64,000 nucleotides of DNA, from the sequence record SRR31156797_335; one strand, written 5' to 3'. Below the pieces are notes generated by a model. It saw nothing but the letters and a program-made list of their open reading frames with translations. It was not told the DNA's origin and did not search any database. This document shows positions 57,566 through 64,000 of this stretch, piece by piece (the first letter of the stretch is position 1; every line of letters begins with the position of its first letter). A program made the position numbers and the translations under genes.

Positions 57566-58729
57566 TCAGGTTTCGTAATGGAAACTTTCTTCTAACAAAG
57601 GATCATTTTTACTCAATAAAGGAGCTTTTGCCAATGAAGCAAAAACGACATATAGAAATCCGCCTAAAAACAAGCAAACAAATCCGATTTCAACCATTCC
57701 AATTTGGGCTGCTTTTCCAATGGTACCCGGAATAACCAATAGATATATATTCAACCACTGACCAACCAGAACAATAACAGCCATAAAACTCAGCCATTTC
57801 AAATTTCTTTTCGAATTTCTTGTCATCAATCCCAAAAATGGAATTAAAAAATTCATAACCAGAATGGTGAAAAATAAAATGGTATGATCATTCAATCGAG
57901 GAGCAAAATATGCTGTTTCCTCTGGAATATGGCTATACCAAATCAACAGATACTGCGAGAACCACAAATACATCCAGAAAATACTAAAGGCAAATAAATA
58001 TTTACCCATATCATGAATATGCTCTTTGTTTATAAATTCTAATTTACCTTGTGATTTTAAAAAGCTAATCATTAAAATAATACAGGCAATTCCGCTAACA
58101 AACAAGCCAATAAAAACGAACCATCCGTAAAGTGTGCTAAACCAATGTGCATCGATAGACATTAACCAATCCCAACTCATGGTTGAACTGCTTACAGCAA
58201 AGAAAACCATGAATAAAGCTGCCAATAACTTCCCCTTCTTGTAATATTTAACATCTGTAGATAAATCCTGATGTAATGAATTTTTCCTTAATAAATAGCC
58301 TAAACCTATCCAGCCTGCAAAGTAAATTGCCATTCGGATAAAAAAGAATGGGATATTTAGATAAGCTGCTTTTCCTTCCAAAATAGGATCGTGTAAATTT
58401 TCGTGCGACCAATGGTAAATATCATGCATTCCGAAATACAACAGAAACATTAAAACTGCTGATATTGGAAGAAAGGCAGACATTGCCTCAGGAATTCTTT
58501 GTAATGATGTATGCCAACCCGAATAAGCGATTTTGTGCAATGCCTGAAATACCACTCCAAATAAAGCTATGAAAAGAAAATATAGATTATTTATTAAAAA
58601 ATTTGTCCATAACCTCTGTCCGTTGGGCGACTCGATAAAATATCCAAATAGCAATAAAACGATTCCAAGTCCGCCTAAAGCCATTAAGAAGTTTCGAGTT
58701 TTACGGGAAAATGTATAATTGTTATCCAT
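57566..58729 (-). CDS. actF: Alternative complex III membrane subunit ActF
   Basis: RIPEAM, YHWSH, YLNIPFFFIR, WDWLMSIDAHWFSTLYGW, HDMGK, FSQYLLIWY.HIPEE. Confidence 0.9.
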   Translation of the reverse strand: MDNNYTFSRKTRNFLMALGGLGIVLLLFGYFIESPNGQRLWTNFLINNLYFLFIALFGVVFQALHKIAYSGWHTSLQRIPEAMSAFLPISAVLMFLLYFGMHDIYHWSHENLHDPILEGKAAYLNIPFFFIRMAIYFAGWIGLGYLLRKNSLHQDLSTDVKYYKKGKLLAALFMVFFAVSSSTMSWDWLMSIDAHWFSTLYGWFVFIGLFVSGIACIILMISFLKSQGKLEFINKEHIHDMGKYLFAFSIFWMYLWFSQYLLIWYSHIPEETAYFAPRLNDHTILFFTILVMNFLIPFLGLMTRNSKRNLKWLSFMAVIVLVGQWLNIYLLVIPGTIGKAAQIGMVEIGFVCLFLGGFLYVVFASLAKAPLLSKNDPLLEESFHYET

Positions 58730-58749
58730 AATCAAATGGTTTATCCAGT

Positions 58750-59271
58750 TTATGATTCAATCTCCTTTACCTGTATATTTTGCGCTTCCTCATTTAAAAG
58801 AATACTTTTTACATTCTCATCCTGATTTCCTTGCTCATCCAAATCAACAATGATTACAAAATGATCATCTGTAATTCTTTCATCATGAATTACATTGTTG
58901 GCTCCAGGTCCTAATTTCGAAACAATAAAAAAGGCTGTTGCCATTCCAAATGCAGCAAACAATACGGTTACTTCAAATGATATTGGTATAAATGATGGAA
59001 TTGCAAAATGCGGCTTACCTCCAATAAACAAAGGATAATCAACCACAAATGCCCAAGTTTGAAACCCGAAAGCGACTGCCAAACCAATAGCTCCGCAGAT
59101 AAATGCAACAGTTGGTAAATTGGAACGCTTGTATCCCAACACATGATCTAAACCATGCACCGGAAATGGTGTAAGAACATCCTGTATAGAGATATTTTTC
59201 TCTCTTAAATCCTTAGCTGCGCGAAGAAGATTTTCCTCATCTTCAAAATAGGCTAAAATGTATCTTCTCAT
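58750..59271 (-). CDS. actD: Alternative complex III subunit ActD (DUF3341)
   Basis: TPFPVHGLD, DYPLFIGGKP, FIPISFEVTVL, RITDDHF. Confidence 0.9.
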   Translation of the reverse strand: MRRYILAYFEDEENLLRAAKDLREKNISIQDVLTPFPVHGLDHVLGYKRSNLPTVAFICGAIGLAVAFGFQTWAFVVDYPLFIGGKPHFAIPSFIPISFEVTVLFAAFGMATAFFIVSKLGPGANNVIHDERITDDHFVIIVDLDEQGNQDENVKSILLNEEAQNIQVKEIES

Positions 59272-59273
59272 GA

Positions 59274-60647
59274 TTATTCGTTTTTATCAGTTACAGCTTT
59301 CTTTTCTCCTGAACTTTTCAAAACACTCTTCACCTCAGCAATCGCAATTACCGGGAAGACTCTAATAAATAGTAGGAAACAGGTAAAAAACAATCCTAAA
59401 GTTCCAATGAAAATTCCAACTTCAACAATTGTTGGCTCATACATTGACCAACTTGAAGGAAGATAATCACGATGCAAAGAGGTTACAATGATTACAAATC
59501 GTTCGAACCACATTCCAATATTTATGAAAATGGAAAGAATGAACGTAAACACGAGGTTTCGACGTAGTTTTTTAAACCACAACAATTGTGGAGAAATAAC
59601 ATTACAAGTCATCATTATGGCATAAGCCCACCAATATGGTCCGGTTGCACGATTCAAAAATGCATATTGCTCATATTCCACTCCCGAATACCAGGCAATA
59701 AACAACTCAGTGATATAAGCAATACCAACAATTGAACCTGTTGCAATAATAATTTTATTCATCGATTCGATGTGCCCAACCGTTATGTAGTTCTCTAAAT
59801 TCAACACTTTTCGTGTGATAATTAACAAGGTAAGCACCATGGCAAATCCCGAAAATATTGCCCCTGAAACAAAATATGGTGGAAATATGGTGGTATGCCA
59901 ACCTGGAATTACTGATGTTGCAAAATCGGAACTTACAATACTATGAACCGACAGTACAAGAGGTGCTGCCAATCCAGCTAATATTAAACTAATGGTTTCA
60001 TGTCTGCTCCAATGTTTTGCAGATCCGGTCCAACCAAAACTTAAGAAACCGTAGATTGCTTTCTTAAATTTAGATTTCATTCTATCTCGTATAGTTCCGA
60101 TATCAGGAATTAAGCCTACATACCAAAATAGAAGTGATACACTAAAATAAGTACTAATTGCGAACACATCCCACAATAGTGGCGAGTTAAAGTTCACCCA
60201 TAAATCACGCGTATTTGGATATGGAAATACAAAGAAACCCAAAAGTGGTCGTCCCATGTGGATTAATGGAAACAATCCAGCACACATAACCGCAAAAAGT
60301 GTCATTGCCTCGGCTGAACGGTTGATACTTGTTCTCCATTTTTGTCGAAACAAGAGCAATATTGCAGAAATAAATGTACCGGCATGACCAATACCTACCC
60401 ACCAAACAAAGTTGGTAATTCCCCAACCCCATCCAATAGTTTTGTTCAATCCCCAGGTTCCTATTCCTTCCCAAATGGTGTAAGCCATCATAAGCAGTCC
60501 AAATAGCAAGGCGGAAGAAGTTAAAGCTATCCCTGCATACCAAGCCTTTCCTGCTTTTCCTTCAATAGGAGCAGATATTTCATCTGTTATTTTTTTGTAA
60601 GTCTTTTCCCCTGTTATAAGAGGCTCTCTAATTGGCGACACATACAT
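59274..60647 (-). CDS. actC: Alternative complex III quinol-oxidising NrfD/PsrC-type subunit ActC
   Basis: NFVWWVGIGHAGTFISA, RSAEAMT, HMGRP, SPLLWDVFA, VHSIVS.DFA, WFERFVI. Confidence 0.94.
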   Translation of the reverse strand: MYVSPIREPLITGEKTYKKITDEISAPIEGKAGKAWYAGIALTSSALLFGLLMMAYTIWEGIGTWGLNKTIGWGWGITNFVWWVGIGHAGTFISAILLLFRQKWRTSINRSAEAMTLFAVMCAGLFPLIHMGRPLLGFFVFPYPNTRDLWVNFNSPLLWDVFAISTYFSVSLLFWYVGLIPDIGTIRDRMKSKFKKAIYGFLSFGWTGSAKHWSRHETISLILAGLAAPLVLSVHSIVSSDFATSVIPGWHTTIFPPYFVSGAIFSGFAMVLTLLIITRKVLNLENYITVGHIESMNKIIIATGSIVGIAYITELFIAWYSGVEYEQYAFLNRATGPYWWAYAIMMTCNVISPQLLWFKKLRRNLVFTFILSIFINIGMWFERFVIIVTSLHRDYLPSSWSMYEPTIVEVGIFIGTLGLFFTCFLLFIRVFPVIAIAEVKSVLKSSGEKKAVTDKNE

Positions 60648-60657
60648 AGGCGCGGTT

Positions 60658-63621
60658 TTATGATTCGTTCGACTTTTTGTTTCTAATTTTCGTTAAATAA
60701 CTAACCGATGGAAGAGTGTGAATTTCCTCCAGAAGATGGTAATTTCTCTTACTAGAAGTTTCCTTTACCAACTTACTTTCCTTATTATTCAAATCTCCAA
60801 AAATGATGGCTCCGGAAGGACAAGCTTGTTCACAAGCCGTTTTAATTTCCCCATCTTTGACTTTTCGACCATCAATTTTCGCATTTAATTTTCCTTCCTG
60901 AATTCTCTGAACACACAAAGAGCACTTCTCTATAACTCCCTTTGCTCTTACGGTTACATCTGGATTGAGAACCATACGTTTCAAATCAATGGTCATCTCT
61001 GCCACATCATGCAAATTATTTGGAATCGAATCGGCTTTTGTATAATCAAACCAATTGAATCGACGTACTTTATACGGACAATTATTTCCACAATACCTGG
61101 TCCCAATACACCTATTGTAAGCCATTTGATTCAATCCCTCCGAACTATGGTTGGTAGCAGCAACAGGACAAACATTTTCGCATGGTGCATTATCGCAATG
61201 CTGACACATTACCGGTTGATAGGATACATCTGGATTAAAGTCATCGCCTGAGAAATACCTATCGATACGAATCCATGACATTTCGTGAGCACGAATTACC
61301 TCTTTTTTTCCAACAACAGGAACATTATTTTCTACCTGACAAGCCACTGAACAAGCTCCACAACCAACGCAAGAATTCAAATCAACCACCAGTCCCCAAT
61401 GATGATTCGGGAATGTTGGTTTTTCGTAAATGGATGCATTTTCGAATTTGTGGTGTGCTTCGTTTCCTGCAGCAGGATTATCTTTATACTCGTCTAAATT
61501 AGCCTCTCGCACAATAGCTCTCCCCTCCATAGAGTGATGAGTTTGTGTCATTGCCAATTCATAAATTTCTTCTGTTTTCTTTAACTCAACTCCTTTTTTA
61601 TCAAGCTCTTTTAAGGAACTCACATTAACACCAACATTTTTCCCAACAACACCAGATACTTTTCTTCCATATCCCGATGCTACAGCTACAGTATTGTATG
61701 CTTGTCCTGGTAAAATGTAAATAGGCAATTTATGTCCTGAGTTTAACTCCACCACATCGCCTGTTGAAAGGCTTAGCTCCTCCGCTTGTTTCGGTGAAAT
61801 TGTAAGATAATTATCCCAACAAACTTTGCTGATAGGATCAGGCATTTCCTGCAACCAAGGATTGTTTGCCATTCGACCATCTCCTACTGCAATAGATTCA
61901 TAAACCTGTAGTTCTATTTTATTACTCTGTGAGGATTTGGTCATTTTATTCATTAAAACATCAAATCCTTTGGCATTCAATTTTGTATTAAATGATGATT
62001 TAAAGGATGGCTCAAATACTCCTTGCTGCAAGGTATTGTTCCAAAATGTAATGAAGTTTGGATAGGCAGCTTGCATTGGATACATGTTCTTTTCCCAATA
62101 TCTTTTTAAGTATTGCAAGTAATCAGGGCTTTCACCCATCCAAGTCAGCAATGATGCTTGAAATTGTCTGGTATCAAACAGTGGGCGAATTCCTGGTTGC
62201 ATCAAACTAAAGCGAGATGTTTTTGGTTCAAAATCACTCCAACTCTCTAAAAAATGATTGTCTGGAGCAGACATTTTCATTAATACCGATGTTTCATTTG
62301 GAGCCTCATCCATTGATAATGTAAAGCCAACTTTCCGTAAGGCTTCCCCAAATTCTTTTCCTTTAGAATAATCAAAAACCGGATTAACATCTGCTGTAAT
62401 CAATCCTTTTACCTTGCCAGATTTTAGATCTGATAAAAGATTTTCCATATCAGAATCAACAGCCTGCAGGGTGTTTAGTTTTTTATCAACTCTTAATGTG
62501 CTTCCGTAATTTTCAAGCTCAAAATTGATTGCATTTACCAATATCTGAATGCTAAGATCATTCTCACCCGCTACAACCAAGGACTTCCCTTTTTTCGCCC
62601 ATAATTCCTTAGCTATTGCTTTCAAGTCTGCAGAGGCTTCAGTAATTGGATAAGTTGTGCTTCCTTTTAATTTTAGAATTTCATTGTACAGTTGAGCAAT
62701 TAATCCAGCTTGTTCCGAAGGCTTAACAGGAATTCTTTGATCTGCATTACTTCCTGTTAGAGACATTCTTGATTCAAACTGGATGTGTCTTGACATAGAC
62801 GTATTTCCATCACTCAATTTTCTCTTTTTGGCATATTGACGTATGTGCTCCACCGGCATGAGCCAATTACCAAGAAAATCTGCATCAAAACTTACAATCA
62901 TATCGGCATAATCAAATCGGTAATCCGATATTCCAGCCTCTCCAAAACAGGATTTATTTGCTTGAATCAGAGCTGAAGCAGATTGACTATCGTATTGTAC
63001 CCATTTTATATTCGGATACTTCGCAATAAAATTTGTAATTAGTTCAATTGTTGTAGGACTGTAAATTGTTGGAGTAAGCAAAACAACCTGATCTTTTGCA
63101 TCTCGTAAATCCTCCAATTCCTTAACAACTAGCTCATCCAACTCTTCCCAGGTAGATTTCTTATCACCAATTTTAGGATTCTTATTTCGACTTATATCGT
63201 ACAAACCTAAAACTGAAGCTTGTACTCGTGAACTTGTTCCTCCATAAGTAACTCCAGATAAATCGTTGCCTTCAATTTTAATAGGTCGACCTTCTCTTGT
63301 TTTAATAAGGATACTGCAATACTCACTTCCTTTCGCAAAAGTGGACGCATAATAATTTGCCTTACCAGGAGTAACCTCTTCCGGTTTTACCAGATATGGG
63401 ATGGCTTTTTGAACAGAGTTCTCGCAACTAGCCAGAACTGTGCTTATTGCCAAACTGTAGCCACATAACTTTAAAAAATCTCTTCTATTACTTTTCGAAT
63501 CAGCCTGATCTCCATCGAAGATATCCAGAATTTGCTCCAAATTTCCTTTTGGTATTTTATTATCAGGGCTTGTATCTTGTCCGTTTTTACGTTCGGTAAG
63601 GCTTTTCCAGTATTTCTTCAT
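60658..63621 (-). CDS. actB: Alternative complex III subunit ActB (molybdopterin-oxidoreductase-like + Fe-S domains)
   Basis: MKKYWKSL, Tat motif RRDFLK, REGRPIKIEGN, NNPWLQEMPDP; Fe-S motifs CVGCGAC, CQHCDNAPC, CIGTRYC..NCP, CSLC...CEQAC. Confidence 0.94.
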   Translation of the reverse strand: MKKYWKSLTERKNGQDTSPDNKIPKGNLEQILDIFDGDQADSKSNRRDFLKLCGYSLAISTVLASCENSVQKAIPYLVKPEEVTPGKANYYASTFAKGSEYCSILIKTREGRPIKIEGNDLSGVTYGGTSSRVQASVLGLYDISRNKNPKIGDKKSTWEELDELVVKELEDLRDAKDQVVLLTPTIYSPTTIELITNFIAKYPNIKWVQYDSQSASALIQANKSCFGEAGISDYRFDYADMIVSFDADFLGNWLMPVEHIRQYAKKRKLSDGNTSMSRHIQFESRMSLTGSNADQRIPVKPSEQAGLIAQLYNEILKLKGSTTYPITEASADLKAIAKELWAKKGKSLVVAGENDLSIQILVNAINFELENYGSTLRVDKKLNTLQAVDSDMENLLSDLKSGKVKGLITADVNPVFDYSKGKEFGEALRKVGFTLSMDEAPNETSVLMKMSAPDNHFLESWSDFEPKTSRFSLMQPGIRPLFDTRQFQASLLTWMGESPDYLQYLKRYWEKNMYPMQAAYPNFITFWNNTLQQGVFEPSFKSSFNTKLNAKGFDVLMNKMTKSSQSNKIELQVYESIAVGDGRMANNPWLQEMPDPISKVCWDNYLTISPKQAEELSLSTGDVVELNSGHKLPIYILPGQAYNTVAVASGYGRKVSGVVGKNVGVNVSSLKELDKKGVELKKTEEIYELAMTQTHHSMEGRAIVREANLDEYKDNPAAGNEAHHKFENASIYEKPTFPNHHWGLVVDLNSCVGCGACSVACQVENNVPVVGKKEVIRAHEMSWIRIDRYFSGDDFNPDVSYQPVMCQHCDNAPCENVCPVAATNHSSEGLNQMAYNRCIGTRYCGNNCPYKVRRFNWFDYTKADSIPNNLHDVAEMTIDLKRMVLNPDVTVRAKGVIEKCSLCVQRIQEGKLNAKIDGRKVKDGEIKTACEQACPSGAIIFGDLNNKESKLVKETSSKRNYHLLEEIHTLPSVSYLTKIRNKKSNES

Positions 63622-63676
63622 AGGTATGTCAAAGTAAAAAGTTCAGTAATTGGTTTAGAGATTAATGAATGTGTGC

Positions 63677-64000
63677 TTAGTAGTGGCAGCGTGCACATTC
63701 ACGTCCTCCAATATCGGTAACTCTAACACTATCAATTGCTCCTGTTGCCAATTCTTCATGCAATTTCTTGAATCCTGCAGAATAGTATCCATTCTCTCTA
63801 AAATCAACTGCAGTTTTATCATGACAATCCAAACACCATCCCATTGATAAATCTTCAACTTGTTTTACTACATGCATCTCTTCAACAAGTCCGTGACATT
63901 CCTGGCAATCTCGTTTCCCAACATTCACATGTTGTGCATGATTAAAATAGACATGATCAGGAAGCTGATGAATACGAATCCATTCCACCGGTGTATTATT
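63677..64000 (-). CDS. actA: Alternative complex III multiheme cytochrome ActA, 3' part (runs off window end)
   Basis: Frame open to window edge; EWIRIHQLPDHVYFNHAQHV, CQECH, MGWCLDCH, CARCHY. Confidence 0.92.
   Translation of the reverse strand, partial: NNTPVEWIRIHQLPDHVYFNHAQHVNVGKRDCQECHGLVEEMHVVKQVEDLSMGWCLDCHDKTAVDFRENGYYSAGFKKLHEELATGAIDSVRVTDIGGRECARCHY

Noticed and set aside
60658-63621. Catalytic molybdoenzyme (e.g. polysulfide or nitrate reductase)
   Set aside because: Context (actA, C, D, F, E) and fused Fe-S domain identify ActB, which is known not to bind a molybdenum cofactor
2833-63858. The many 60-140 aa ORFs nested in or antisense to long genes (e.g. 2833-3117, 10712-11098, 39651-40031, 46272-46685, 54548-54853, 60205-60543)
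   Set aside because: Fully overlap well-supported conserved CDSs and have no recognisable features
43804-64000. Mobile element or genomic-island boundaries around the respiratory cluster
   Set aside because: No integrase, transposase, tRNA or flanking direct repeat seen; compositional shift could not be computed

Overview
AT-rich chromosomal window from a Bacteroidota bacterium. Support: TAnnTTTG/TTTG promoters, a T9SS type-B CTD protein, DUF4290-murA, EF-G2 and ACIII. The gene mix suggests a marine facultative anaerobe such as Marinifilaceae/Marinilabiliales (inference). Positions 1-44 kb are mostly housekeeping: the rpsL-rpsG-fusA operon divergent from a GTPase-degenerate EF-G2, uvrD/pcrA, murA, grpE-dnaJ, an ABC exporter, a ppx-NtrC-like-aspA-hydF operon, a cation-chloride cotransporter, coaD, pyrE, birA and rsfS-ftsH-cdsA-psd. 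Positions 44-64 kb form a respiratory island: a Desulfovibrio-order A2-type heme-copper oxidase operon converges on a clade II nos cluster that lies directly downstream of an alternative complex III (ACIII) operon. Best leads: (1) ACIII has a rearranged order (actABCD-F-E), and ActE is fused to a second cytochrome c resembling the one normally encoded alone upstream of Bacteroidota nosZ, a candidate hard-wired quinol-to-N2O chain. (2) A probably leaderless His/Cys-rich uORF ends in the RAPP arrest motif, and its last codons pair perfectly with the initiation region of a His-loop TonB receptor, a candidate metal-sensing stalling switch. (3) A sarcin-ricin-loop-like RNA sits in the rpsL-rpsG spacer. 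(4) A structured ~220-nt leader precedes DUF4290-murA. No tRNA, rRNA, CRISPR array or IS element was recognised.
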